Assembly: GCA_018817085.1 (NCBI GenBank)
Contig: JAHIUT010000038.1
Span: 9,441 to 73,440 of the forward strand
DNA: 64,000 bases
Direction: 5' to 3'
Source of the DNA: Patescibacteria group bacterium
GTDB taxonomy: Bacteria; Patescibacteriota; WWE3; CG2-30-40-12
In this document: one piece after another, positions 47,562 through 57,016 of the stretch
How the letters are laid out: every line of letters begins with the position of its first letter
Position numbering within the stretch: position 1 is the first letter of the stretch
Notes under the pieces: generated by a model
Told to the model about the DNA's origin: nothing
The model's database searches: none
What the model saw: only the letters and a program-made list of their open reading frames with translations
Position numbers and translations under genes: made by a program

Positions 47562-48203
47562 CTATTCTTGTCCAAAGCCTAAAAGTAGCGCCTTTGCGGC
47601 GTTTTTATTGGGCTTAAATCCCCAAACAGCTAGTTTGTTATACATCAGTTCTGTTAAAGTGTCAAATTCCGGTTCGTTTATATTTATAGTTCCGAAATTG
47701 GCGGTTTCGTCTCGGTTATCTATGCTTAAGACGGGAGTTTTTCTAAAATATTCAGTATTTTCGTAATATACATTGCCCAGCTCGCCCAGATTTTTAGCTC
47801 CTATTACAATAATTAGGTCATAAGTTTCACCTGTTTTTGTAAAACTAACGCGATTTAAATCAAAACTTGAAGGAATAGGGGTAACCACCAAATTTAAAGT
47901 CTCGTCTTTTATGTAATAATTTATTTTTTCTACTGGGGTATCTTTGTAGTTTATGCCAACTACTAAACTTTTTTGGTCAAACACTTTTTTAATGTCTAAA
48001 AGGTTTTCAAATTCCTTAAGTTCAATTGGAAACTCTTTGGAATACAATAAAGAAACCTCCTTTGAAAGGTCTTTTATTATAAAACTTATCGCTAGCGCCG
48101 CGCTTAAAGCATCGGTTCTTTCTGTAGTATCGGGAATAACCAACACTTTTTTGGCGTTTTCAATAAGGTCCAAAACATGTTTTTTATCGTCTGATATAAG
48201 CAT
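47562..48203 (-). CDS. Hypothetical protein resembling a degenerate DHH/NrnA-like phosphoesterase N-domain
   Basis: Position upstream of rpsO-pnp matches where NrnA-like DHH proteins sit in many bacteria. VLVIPDTTERTDALSAALAISFI resembles DHH motif I/II, but the DHH triad is absent. Confidence 0.3.
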   Translation of the reverse strand: MLISDDKKHVLDLIENAKKVLVIPDTTERTDALSAALAISFIIKDLSKEVSLLYSKEFPIELKEFENLLDIKKVFDQKSLVVGINYKDTPVEKINYYIKDETLNLVVTPIPSSFDLNRVSFTKTGETYDLIIVIGAKNLGELGNVYYENTEYFRKTPVLSIDNRDETANFGTININEPEFDTLTELMYNKLAVWGFKPNKNAAKALLLGFGQE

Positions 48204-48264
48204 AATTTATCCTAGATAGTACATTGTACCAGTAAAACCCCCTCCCGTCAACCTATAAGAATGG

Positions 48265-48288
48265 AAGTTAGTTTCTAACAAAGGTTTA
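48265..48288 (+). promoter_or_regulatory. 24-bp perfect palindrome GTTTATCCTTGTACAAGGATAAAC about 75 nt upstream of alaS
   Basis: The core TCCTTGTACAAGGA also occurs at 34645..34670 upstream of the G5/3D gene. Confidence 0.6.
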
Positions 48289-48361
48289 TCCTTGTACAAG
48301 GATAAACTTTATTCTATAGGGCGGTGTCCTTTTTTTGGTTTTATTGTGGTAAAATCCAATT

Positions 48362-50116
48362 ATGGTTACCGTGTCCGAAGTTCGGGAAAAATATATAAAC
48401 TTTTTTGTAGGGAAAAATCACAAAATCATTCCTCCCGCTCCTATTGTTCCTAAAGACGACCCAACCACTTTGTTCACTTCTTCCGGTATGCAGGCGCTTG
48501 TCCCTTACTTAATGGGCAAACCGCATCCTCTTGGAAAGAGACTCGTCAATTCGCAACCGGTTATTCGTCTTGGCGATATAGATCTTGTGGGGGATTTTGG
48601 ACATCTCACCTTTTTTGAAATGTTGGGGAACTGGTCTTTGGGCGATTATTTTAAGAAAGAACAACTTGCCTATTTTTACGAATTTTTAACTAAAGAGCTT
48701 GGTTTTGAAAAGGAAAGACTTTTTGTAACATATTTTGAAGGAAGCAGATTTATTCCAAAAGATGAAGAAACTATCCTAACTTGGAAGAAGCTTGGAGTTA
48801 AGGACGACCATATTTACGGTTACTCTGTTGAAAAAAACTGGTGGTCTAGGTGCGGAACGCCTGATGAAATGAGTGTTGGTGAGATAGGGGGTACTGATTC
48901 CGAAGTTCTTTACGATTTTGGAAGTTCCCATAATGTCGCCTTTGGGGAAAAATGCCATCCTAACTGCGATTGCGGAAGGTTTTTGGAAATTGGAAACTCG
49001 GTTTTTATGGAGTATATAAAAAAAGAGGACGGTACTTTTGAAAAACTGCCTCAAAAGAATGTGGATTTTGGAGGAGGTCTTGAAAGGCTTACTTTTGTGG
49101 TTAACAACACGCCAGATATTTTTGAAATAGATGTTTTTCAAAAAATAATTCAAGAAATTGAAAAATTTTCAAAAAAGAGCTATTCGGACAAGTCCTTTGC
49201 TCCCGCTATTAGAGTAATGGCGGACCACATACGAGCGGCGGAGTTTTTAATATCCGCAGGCGTTGTTCCTTCTAATAAAGACCAAGGGTATATTTTGCGA
49301 AGGCTCATTAGACGATTTGCGGTTAAAATGGCGGGTCTTACGGGAAGTACATCCTCTTTGGAATTATTGAGAAAATCCTCTTTTGTTAGCAATTCTGTTT
49401 GCGAGGAGCTTAAAAAATTTTCGCTGGCATTAGATAAAGGTCTTAAAGTTTTGGAAAAAATGGTTAAAGAAACTCCTAGCGGGAACATTTTTTCTGGCGA
49501 AAAGGCGTTCTTGTTATACGAGTCCTACGGATTTCCCGTTGAAGTAACGGAGGAGCTTGTCCGCCAAAAAGGGTTTATTAAAGGTGTTGACACTAAAGAG
49601 TTTCTTGCTCAAAAAGAATATCATATAGAAGTGTCCAGAAAATTGTCCAAAGGATTATTTAAAAGCGGACTTGCCGATAAAAGCGAAGAAACCAAAAAAC
49701 TTCACACCGCCACCCATCTTTTGCATTCCGCTTTAAGAAAAGTTTTAGGAGAAGATATTGCGCAAAAAGGCAGTAATGTTACCGCCGAAAGATTGCGGTT
49801 TGATTTTTCCTATAACCGTCGTCTTACCGACGAAGAAATTTCCAAAGTGGTGGATATGGTCAACGAAATTATATCAAAAGGACTTATTGTCCAGTGCAAA
49901 GAAATGTCTCTTAAAGACGCGCAAGAATCGGGGGCGCTTGCTTTTTTTGGCGAGAAATATGGCGACAGGGTAACGGTTTATGAAGTAGGGGATTTTTCAA
50001 AGGAGCTTTGTGCCGGCCCTCATGTGGAAAACACCAGAGAGCTTGGAAAATTCAAGATAATTAAGCAAGAATCTGTTGGCAGTAATACTAGGAGAATAAA
50101 AGCAATTTTGCAATAA
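48362..50116 (+). CDS. alaS: Alanyl-tRNA synthetase, compact form (catalytic + tRNA-recognition + editing-like domain with HxxxH/CxxxH; no C-Ala domain)
   Basis: N-terminal class II AlaRS motifs (FFVGKNHKIIPPAPIVPKDDPTTLFTSSGM; FEMLGNWSLGDYFK). C-terminal TATHLLHSALRK and SKELCAGPHV zinc-binding editing motifs. Only 584 aa. Confidence 0.85.
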   Translation: MVTVSEVREKYINFFVGKNHKIIPPAPIVPKDDPTTLFTSSGMQALVPYLMGKPHPLGKRLVNSQPVIRLGDIDLVGDFGHLTFFEMLGNWSLGDYFKKEQLAYFYEFLTKELGFEKERLFVTYFEGSRFIPKDEETILTWKKLGVKDDHIYGYSVEKNWWSRCGTPDEMSVGEIGGTDSEVLYDFGSSHNVAFGEKCHPNCDCGRFLEIGNSVFMEYIKKEDGTFEKLPQKNVDFGGGLERLTFVVNNTPDIFEIDVFQKIIQEIEKFSKKSYSDKSFAPAIRVMADHIRAAEFLISAGVVPSNKDQGYILRRLIRRFAVKMAGLTGSTSSLELLRKSSFVSNSVCEELKKFSLALDKGLKVLEKMVKETPSGNIFSGEKAFLLYESYGFPVEVTEELVRQKGFIKGVDTKEFLAQKEYHIEVSRKLSKGLFKSGLADKSEETKKLHTATHLLHSALRKVLGEDIAQKGSNVTAERLRFDFSYNRRLTDEEISKVVDMVNEIISKGLIVQCKEMSLKDAQESGALAFFGEKYGDRVTVYEVGDFSKELCAGPHVENTRELGKFKIIKQESVGSNTRRIKAILQ

Positions 50117-50133
50117 ATTATAGAAAGAAAATT

Positions 50134-51267
50134 ATGAATGAATTATTGGTTGAATGGACATTGTTAAGGGAACAAGATTATTTGAATAAATGCCTTGGTC
50201 TTGATTTAAAAAAGAAAATTCTTCAACAATTTTCTACTGAATATGGAAGAATTGATTTTGCCCACGAATTAAGTGATGGGTCAATTGCAATTACAGAACT
50301 TGAAACAATCATTGATAATAAAGCTAAGCTTGAGTATTGTCAATTTCAAACTCTTGAGTATTCAAAAATCATTTTTCAAGAAAAGAAAAAACCAATTATT
50401 ATAGTTTTAATTGCAGATGAAACCCCAAACAAATTCAAAACACAATTAAAAACTTTTGCTGATAAGAATGATTTTCTTCTCAAAACCTATTCTATTTATA
50501 TTGTAAACAGCTATTATAAGCAACTGATTGAAGAGGCGGTTAAAAATTCTGGGGTGCCACTTATTAGACCTGTTGCGAATAATTTCACTCACCTTTCTTG
50601 TCTTAATAGATTTATTCTTCCATTTTATGATTTGGAAAAAGATGAATTGAAGAGAGAGGATTTTATAAACTACTTTAATTTAAAAAAAAATAAAGCGGAT
50701 AGCCACTTTAAAGTTCATAAACAAATGGCTGAATATTTTCAGTTAATTGAAGATATATCAACAACCAAACAATTTAGCAGGGTTTGTCTTACTGGATACG
50801 GAAAGAGATTTCGTGATAATTTGAATTATGAATTTGCACTTGTAAAGAGATCTTTAAAAGTAGGGGTTAAACGAATTGATTTAAGCATTGAGCAAAGAAG
50901 GATTTTACTTGAAAGTTTGATGAACGGAAACATTGGGGATTTAAAAGGTAAAGTCAACTTGCTTTACTTCTTGCGTTTTGTTTATTTGACTGAAGGTACT
51001 TGGGTTCCGAGAGGAAGAACACTAGATAAACAGAAATTAGAATTTGCAAACAGTTTCCTTGGAACAAATTATTCTCAGATAACTCTTTGTAATTGGCTTA
51101 ATTTCGTCTGCACTCATTCAGAAGAATTAGGTTTAATAGAAAGAATAAGAACAAATGCTGAATATGATAGAGTGATTCTTTCAAGCTTAGGTTCAAGAGT
51201 TTTAGGTTTTATTGAGATGGATTTACATTTAAAGAGAGAACGAGCACAAATTCCTTTACAGCTATGA
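50134..51267 (+). CDS. Hypothetical protein with N-terminal PD-(D/E)xK-like (NucS/Hjc-like) motif and ~270-aa C-terminal domain of unknown function
   Basis: YGRIDFAHELSDGSIAITELETIID resembles the GRIDLLA.D.DG.LVVIELK nuclease core, but Lys is replaced by Thr. The region is markedly more AT-rich than its neighbours. Confidence 0.35.
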   Translation: MNELLVEWTLLREQDYLNKCLGLDLKKKILQQFSTEYGRIDFAHELSDGSIAITELETIIDNKAKLEYCQFQTLEYSKIIFQEKKKPIIIVLIADETPNKFKTQLKTFADKNDFLLKTYSIYIVNSYYKQLIEEAVKNSGVPLIRPVANNFTHLSCLNRFILPFYDLEKDELKREDFINYFNLKKNKADSHFKVHKQMAEYFQLIEDISTTKQFSRVCLTGYGKRFRDNLNYEFALVKRSLKVGVKRIDLSIEQRRILLESLMNGNIGDLKGKVNLLYFLRFVYLTEGTWVPRGRTLDKQKLEFANSFLGTNYSQITLCNWLNFVCTHSEELGLIERIRTNAEYDRVILSSLGSRVLGFIEMDLHLKRERAQIPLQL

Positions 51268-51470
51268 GAACAGGAAAATTCTTCATTACGGAGGAAGATT
51301 ATAAGTTGATTGCTTCTACTCCTGAAAAGGAGTGCTGGATTTGCGATGTATTAATTAATAGTGTCCGGGTAAATCAAAAAGGGATTTATCTTACGAAGAA
51401 GGCGCTATTAGATGAGGGAATAGCTGAACATCTTATGCAAATTGTAAAAAGGGATATAGTTTTTATTTAA
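51264..51470 (+). CDS. Small hypothetical protein (68 aa), translationally coupled (ATGA overlap) to 50134..51267
   Basis: MRTGKFFITEEDYKLIASTPEKECWICDVLINS... No recognised motif. Confidence 0.35.
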   Translation: MRTGKFFITEEDYKLIASTPEKECWICDVLINSVRVNQKGIYLTKKALLDEGIAEHLMQIVKRDIVFI

Positions 51471-51551
51471 TCTTGATGTTTTTAAATACAAGGAAGGTGA
51501 TGTAAATTTAGAAAAAACTTATTATGTTGAATAGATGACAGGGGGGAAATT

Positions 51552-52748
51552 TTGGTCTATACTTTATTTAGTATGTTTAATCCTCTTTCTTTAATAAGAA
51601 AAAATAAGCGCAATAAAAGTTTTTTGGCTATAGATTTGGGTTCTTCACTAATTAAAATAAGCAGGTTTTCCTTTTTGCCGGACAATCGGCTTTTGCTTGA
51701 AGATATTTCCACCGTAAACACACCCGAAGGCGCGGTTGGTTTGGGAGTAATTACCGATTTAGATTCAACCTTTGAAGCTTTAAAAAGTTCTGTTTCTCCT
51801 TATGATAATGTTATTTTTGGTCTTTCCGGCGAAAGTGTTTTTGGGTTCGCCACTACGGTAAAAATTAAAAGACCCGCTTATGACGAAAAAATTTCCAGCG
51901 GGGAATTAAATGAAATAATAAAAAGAATACAAGAACTTGCGTTTATTGAAGCGGGTCAAATTCAATTATCCAAAATAGGTTGCGGAGAAACGGATATAGA
52001 AATGGTTAACTCCGCGGTTATCTCATCCAAAATAGATGGCGCGTTGGTTGAAGATGTTGTTGGAAAAGTTGGCAAACACATAGAAATAGGTCTTTTTACA
52101 TCTTTTGCCGAGAAGAGTGTTTTGTCGGGTCTTTTAGAGCTTTGCAAGAAATTAAAAATCAATTTCACCGCCGCTAGTTCTCAAATGTATTCCTTATCAA
52201 AATTGTTATGCGCGAACCAAAAGGGTACTTTTAACGCCGTTTTAATAGATTTTGGCGGCGATAAAACGGATGTGGGGATTTGTTATGGCGGAGGTATTGT
52301 GGCCACTAAAACATTGGATTTTGGCGGCACTCAACTTACAAAGGAAATAGCGGCAATACTTGATGTGGCGCTTAACGAAGCCGAGAAAAAGAAAGTATCT
52401 TACGAAGAAGGAACATTGGGGGCGGAGCAGATTAAAGAAATTACTTCAAAAGTTTTAAATTATTGGCTTGCGGGTATAGAAACAGTTTTAGAAAATTTTG
52501 AGGGTATTAAAGTTTTCCCGCCTAAAATTTTTATATTTGGGGGCGGGGGGTTAACTTATGATTTAATGCGGGTTTTAAAAGAACGGAGCTGGTACGAGAA
52601 CTTTCCGTTTAAATTTGTTCCCGAAGTGGAAATTGTTAGCATAGAAAAATTGTCTGATATAATAGAAGACCCTAACGGGTTTTTGAAAGATTTGCGAAAT
52701 ATAGTTCCTGTTTCTTTAGGTTTAATTGGTTTAGAAATTTTTGGTTAA
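51552..52748 (+). CDS. Actin-like ATPase of the FtsA/PilM family
   Basis: FLAIDLGSSLIKISRF (phosphate-1), VLIDFGGDKTDVGI (phosphate-2) and IFIFGGGGLT (adenosine motif) give a sugar-kinase/actin fold. There is no adjacent ftsZ. Confidence 0.5.
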   Translation: MVYTLFSMFNPLSLIRKNKRNKSFLAIDLGSSLIKISRFSFLPDNRLLLEDISTVNTPEGAVGLGVITDLDSTFEALKSSVSPYDNVIFGLSGESVFGFATTVKIKRPAYDEKISSGELNEIIKRIQELAFIEAGQIQLSKIGCGETDIEMVNSAVISSKIDGALVEDVVGKVGKHIEIGLFTSFAEKSVLSGLLELCKKLKINFTAASSQMYSLSKLLCANQKGTFNAVLIDFGGDKTDVGICYGGGIVATKTLDFGGTQLTKEIAAILDVALNEAEKKKVSYEEGTLGAEQIKEITSKVLNYWLAGIETVLENFEGIKVFPPKIFIFGGGGLTYDLMRVLKERSWYENFPFKFVPEVEIVSIEKLSDIIEDPNGFLKDLRNIVPVSLGLIGLEIFG

Positions 52749-52750
52749 AA

Positions 52751-54217
52751 ATGCAAAATATTATTGTTAACAAAACGGATGATTTATATACTTTAGCCGA
52801 AGGTATGCGAGTTTGCGAAGATACGGAGGTTGTTTTTGTTGTTTCACCCGATATCTTATTCTTGCGAAACCCACTGTCTTTCAAATTTTTGGAACGATAT
52901 GCCGAATCTTTTGGGAAAAAGATTTCTTTTGTTAATGAAAAAAACGAGGCGCTTTCTTTTGCGGAACCTAAATCTTTTGAAGATGTTCCAAAAGTTGAAA
53001 AGGAAGTTCCGAAAGCGAATCTTGCGCCAAAGACGGAACTGTCCGCTATAATAAGAAACTCTATTGGTATAATAGGCGCTCTTTTATTGTTGATAGGAAT
53101 TGGGGTTTCTGTTTGGTGGTTTTTTCCAAAAGCTAATGTAGTTATAAAAACTAACTCTGAGATGTTGGTTAAAAATGTGGATATTACGGCAAATGTTTCT
53201 GCTAATGGTGTAAACGAGAGCAATAAAGAAATTCCCGCGGTTTTGTTGGAGACGGTTAGGAAAGCAAGCGACACAATACAAGCTTCGGGAGAAAAAGAGG
53301 TTGGAGAGAAAGCAAAAGGAACGGTTACGGTGTTTAATAAAACCATCAGTAAAAAAACTTTTGGAAAAGGCACTAAACTAATTTTAATCTCCGCTGAAAC
53401 CGAAGATTTAAATTATTACTCTTTGGAAGAAGTTACGATTGAAGAAAGACAAGACCTTGCTGGAGGCATTACTTACGGTTCCGTGGAAGTTGAGGTTGAA
53501 GCCGAAAAGTATGGTTCTAACTATAATATTAAAGAAGACCAGAAATTTGAAGTGGACGACCACGATACTTCCGATTTCTTGGCTCAAAACGCAGAGGTTT
53601 TTACGGGCGGGTCTAGCAAAATAGTCCCCGCGGTTTCCGAGAAAGATAAAGAGGCGCTAAAAAGTACTTTGGAAGAACGATTAAGAGGCAATGTTAAAAC
53701 CGATTTGGAACTAAAACTTGTGGGGGAGCAAAAAATAGCCGAAAATTCAACAGGTTTTGAAACTTTTGACGAGGTGTTTGATAAAAATGTGGGTGATGAG
53801 GCGGACAAGTTAAATTTATCTTTGCAGGTTAGAGCGTATGCTTTAGCGTATTATCAAAATGATTTGGAAAATGTTGTTAAAAGTGTTTTAGAAAGGTCTA
53901 TTCCGGAACAATATTCGCTTGCGGACACCGAAACTCGTTTTGAAATAGGAGATGTGCTTGCCGATAAGCCTACCCCGTTATCCAAAGATAAAATAAGTTT
54001 GTTGGTTAAGGTTAGAAGTTTTGTGGTTCCAAAACTAAATGTGCAAGAGGTTAAAGACAATTTAGTAAATAGAAGTATTCTTGACGCTACAAAATATCTG
54101 GACGGGTTAAAAAATATAGCTTCTTATGAGTTTACCGTTTGGCCTCGTCTTCCGGGATTTTTGAGCGCAACGCCTCATATTAAATCTCGCATACAGGTTG
54201 AAATTAAAAACGAGTAA
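52751..54217 (+). CDS. Bitopic membrane protein (N-terminal cytoplasmic ~110 aa, one TM, large extracytoplasmic domain), partner of the FtsA/PilM-like ATPase
   Basis: TM IIGALLLLIGIGVSVWWFF. 3-nt gap after the upstream ATPase. No family recognised; possibly PilN/O-like. Confidence 0.4.
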   Translation: MQNIIVNKTDDLYTLAEGMRVCEDTEVVFVVSPDILFLRNPLSFKFLERYAESFGKKISFVNEKNEALSFAEPKSFEDVPKVEKEVPKANLAPKTELSAIIRNSIGIIGALLLLIGIGVSVWWFFPKANVVIKTNSEMLVKNVDITANVSANGVNESNKEIPAVLLETVRKASDTIQASGEKEVGEKAKGTVTVFNKTISKKTFGKGTKLILISAETEDLNYYSLEEVTIEERQDLAGGITYGSVEVEVEAEKYGSNYNIKEDQKFEVDDHDTSDFLAQNAEVFTGGSSKIVPAVSEKDKEALKSTLEERLRGNVKTDLELKLVGEQKIAENSTGFETFDEVFDKNVGDEADKLNLSLQVRAYALAYYQNDLENVVKSVLERSIPEQYSLADTETRFEIGDVLADKPTPLSKDKISLLVKVRSFVVPKLNVQEVKDNLVNRSILDATKYLDGLKNIASYEFTVWPRLPGFLSATPHIKSRIQVEIKNE

Positions 54218-54220
54218 ATT

Positions 54221-54607
54221 ATGGCAAAGGTTTTGGGCATTGATTTTGGAAATTCGCGAATTGGACTTGCGTTGGGGGAAAAAGAGTTAGCTACTCCTCT
54301 TAAAATCATCAATGGAAAAAACTGGCACACCGTTTTGCAAACTATTAAAAAAATTATTGAAGAAAATCGCATTTCGTATATAGTTTTAGGTATTCCTGAA
54401 AAAGAAACAATCGGTGTTAATAAATTCGGGGAATTTTTAAGAGACAATATAAATACGCCTATAAAGCTTTTTAACGAGGATTTTACCTCAAAAGAAGCTT
54501 TGGAATATTCTATCCAAATGGGGTATTCTAAAAAGGGCCGAAAGTATTTGGATGATGTTTCGGCTTGTATGATTTTGGAAAGGTTTTTTGAAACCTATGA
54601 AAATTAA
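54221..54607 (+). CDS. ruvX: Holliday-junction resolvase-like YqgF/RuvX (pre-16S rRNA nuclease)
   Basis: MAKVLGIDFGNSRIGLALGE... with the RNase H-like YqgF signature. 128 aa. Confidence 0.8.
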   Translation: MAKVLGIDFGNSRIGLALGEKELATPLKIINGKNWHTVLQTIKKIIEENRISYIVLGIPEKETIGVNKFGEFLRDNINTPIKLFNEDFTSKEALEYSIQMGYSKKGRKYLDDVSACMILERFFETYEN

Positions 54608-55580
54608 AATTAAATTGCCACATTGGAAATTTTTGACCGTCGTTTTGCTATTTTTAACGGCTTTTGCGGTTTTGTATTCTTTGGGGGTGAAAAGAGCCAA
54701 CCGCTACGACTTGGGAAAAGAATCTTTTAAAGAGGTTGTTATAAACAAAGGAGCTTCAGTGGAAGAGATTTCAAAAATATTGGTTAGAGAAGACTTAATA
54801 AACTCGCGCGCTTTATTTAAATTATATGTGTATATTAGTAATAAAAGTCTTCAGGCGGGGAATTTTTATGTTCCCACGAACATAAGTGTGGTGGAGTTGG
54901 CTAATCTTTTGGGTAAAGGGAGTTTTCAGAAAAAATACACTTTTTTAGAAGGTTGGCGCGTGGAGCAGATGGCAGAGCTTTTGCCTAAAGATGTCCAAAA
55001 CGAGTTTCTTAAAAGCTCTTACACTAAAGAAGGGTTTATGTTTCCCGACACCTACTTTTTTCTGGAAAGCGCAATTGGGGAGGAAATTGCCCAAACTTTA
55101 AGCCAGACTTTTGAAGATAAAATAAAAGTTTTTGACAAGGAAATCAAGGCAAGTTCCCTTTCTTTGGAGGAGATTGTTATTTTAGCATCTATAATTGAAA
55201 GAGAAGCTAAAAGTTTTGATGAGAAGGCGACAATTGCTGGGATTTTGGTAAAAAGGTACCAAAACGGATGGCCTTTGCAGGCGGACGCTACTATTCAGTA
55301 CGCCAAGGATTTAAACGCCTTTACTTGCGCATCTTTATCCGACTGTGTTTGGTGGCGTCCGCTATTTGCCACAGATTTGGATATAGAGTCCTCTTATAAT
55401 ACATACAAATATGCGGGGTTACCTCCAACACCGATATGCAGTCCCGGACTGGAATCTATAAGGGCGGTTTTGGAGTATAAAGAAACCCCATATTGGTTTT
55501 ATTTAACGGGAAACGATGGGGTAACGCGCTTTTCCGAGACGGTAGAAGAGCAAACGGCTAATATACAAAAGTATTTGTAG
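54588..55580 (+). CDS. mltG: Endolytic murein transglycosylase MltG (YceG family)
   Basis: N-terminal TM and YceG-like domain (KKYTFLEGWRVEQMAELL; FMFPDTYFF; ASIIEREA). The 3' end lies inside direct repeat R1. Confidence 0.8.
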   Translation: MKPMKIKIKLPHWKFLTVVLLFLTAFAVLYSLGVKRANRYDLGKESFKEVVINKGASVEEISKILVREDLINSRALFKLYVYISNKSLQAGNFYVPTNISVVELANLLGKGSFQKKYTFLEGWRVEQMAELLPKDVQNEFLKSSYTKEGFMFPDTYFFLESAIGEEIAQTLSQTFEDKIKVFDKEIKASSLSLEEIVILASIIEREAKSFDEKATIAGILVKRYQNGWPLQADATIQYAKDLNAFTCASLSDCVWWRPLFATDLDIESSYNTYKYAGLPPTPICSPGLESIRAVLEYKETPYWFYLTGNDGVTRFSETVEEQTANIQKYL

Positions 55581-55638
55581 AACGATAGAAGCGTTTGTTT
55601 TTAGGGGGTCGTATCCCTATGAAATTGGATTTGTCGAT

Positions 55639-56448
55639 TCATTCTAATGGACTTTTGACATTTTTAAGTTTGGGATTAGTTACTTGCGTATAAAGTTGAG
55701 TAGTTCTAATGTTTTGATGTCCTAATAATTCTTGCACATACCGCACATCGACGCCATTTTCCAAAAGGTGGGTAGCAAAGCTATGGCGCAGACTATGAAA
55801 AGTGGCATCTTTTTTAACGCCAGATTTTTTAAAGGAATTTTCAAAAACTTTTTGAGCGGTTCTTGTGGTCAGTTTTCCACCCCGCTCACTTGAAAACACA
55901 AAATCGTTTTTTTCTTTGCCGGCAATAAGGTTTTGAATATCTGCTGATAACTTCTCTGGAAAAACACTAATTCTGTCCTTTTTGCCTTTTGCCTGCTTAA
56001 TATGAATGGTCAATTCATGAAAATCAATGTCTTGCGCTTTTAGGCTTATTGCTTCACTAACGCGTAATCCAGCGCCATAAGCAAGCGATAGAAGTAATTT
56101 ATGCTTCGTGTTTTCGGTTGCTTCAAGGATTTTTTCTATTTCACTCCTTGAAAGCACTACGGGAAGGCTTTTATTTTTCTTAGCTGATCGAATTTCTATT
56201 TTCTCATTTGTGATGTTGCGATAGTAGAATTTAACCGCATTCAGAAGCAGGTTTCTTGTTTCTGCCGATACGCCTTTCTTTTCGCAAAACAGTAGAAAGT
56301 CTTTGATGTTATCTCTATCCAATATTTCAAGATTATCCTTTTTATAAACAAAATATTCCTTGAGTCCGTAAAGGTAACTTTTTATGGTTTTGCTACTGTA
56401 ATTGCGGATTTTTAATTCCCGTTCTGTTTGCCCTAATTGTTGTTGCAT
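55639..56448 (-). CDS. Tyrosine-type site-specific recombinase/integrase (XerC/D-like)
   Basis: C-terminal catalytic motifs HSLRHSFATHLLENGVDVRYVQELLGHQNIRTTQLYTQV (R..H..Y). N-terminal SAM-like core-binding domain. 269 aa. Confidence 0.8.
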   Translation of the reverse strand: MQQQLGQTERELKIRNYSSKTIKSYLYGLKEYFVYKKDNLEILDRDNIKDFLLFCEKKGVSAETRNLLLNAVKFYYRNITNEKIEIRSAKKNKSLPVVLSRSEIEKILEATENTKHKLLLSLAYGAGLRVSEAISLKAQDIDFHELTIHIKQAKGKKDRISVFPEKLSADIQNLIAGKEKNDFVFSSERGGKLTTRTAQKVFENSFKKSGVKKDATFHSLRHSFATHLLENGVDVRYVQELLGHQNIRTTQLYTQVTNPKLKNVKSPLE

Positions 56449-56469
56449 AATTGTTTTATTTTGGTAAAA

Positions 56470-56746
56470 TAAAAACAGATCTAACTTGACTAGAGATTAA
56501 CATGTGTTCGTATAATACGCAATTTAATGATGATATTATGAAAACACTTCGCCTAAAAACGAGTTAGCCAACATCGCTGCGCTTGTTGGCTAATGTGTTG
56601 CGGATTCGCTGTTGCCTCGTCGCTTCGCGACATCGGCTAACAGCGGGATATACGAAATTTTTTCCCGCTTCGCAGGAAAAACCTTCGTATCATCCGCAAC
56701 ACATTATGTGCCATCCATCTTTTATTATTTTTATGAGAGGAGGTGA
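56470..56746 (+). promoter_or_regulatory. Structured noncoding region inside the mini-element, with nested inverted repeats
   Basis: TAATGTGTTGCGGAT...ATCCGCAACACATTA is a 15-bp inverted repeat about 90 nt apart. Inside it are TTAGCCAACA..TGTTGGCTAA and CGCTGTT..AACAGCG. Confidence 0.5.
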
Positions 56747-57016
56747 GTGAATGTGAAAAAAACAAAGAAACCTTGGTTGGCCGCAATATTAAACCTTATT
56801 CTTTCCGGTGTAGGATATATTTATAACGGCAAGAGAGTAGTTTTTGGTGTGCTTATCCTAATTTCATCAGTTATCTCTTACATTGTTGAGGGTTCTGACC
56901 TTGATATCTTAAGTTCTGAAGTAAAAGTTATCGCAGTTACCGCATATCTTGTTATGGCTATAGCTTTTTCTTACGATGCATATCGGGAAGCAAAAGAGAT
57001 AAACGAGGGGGAATAG
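56747..57016 (+). CDS. Small two-TM membrane protein (89 aa), cargo of the mini-element
   Basis: PWLAAILNLILSGVGYIY... and ...AVTAYLVMAIAFSYD. GTG start per the ORF track. The preceding GAGAGGAGGTGAGTGAATGTG suggests an RBS plus a start codon nearby. Confidence 0.4.
   Translation: MNVKKTKKPWLAAILNLILSGVGYIYNGKRVVFGVLILISSVISYIVEGSDLDILSSEVKVIAVTAYLVMAIAFSYDAYREAKEINEGE

Noticed and set aside
52672-53373. 233-aa minus-strand ORF spanning the FtsA/PilM-like and downstream gene junction
   Set aside because: It is antisense to two plus-strand genes that are tightly coupled (3-nt gap), and it has no motifs.
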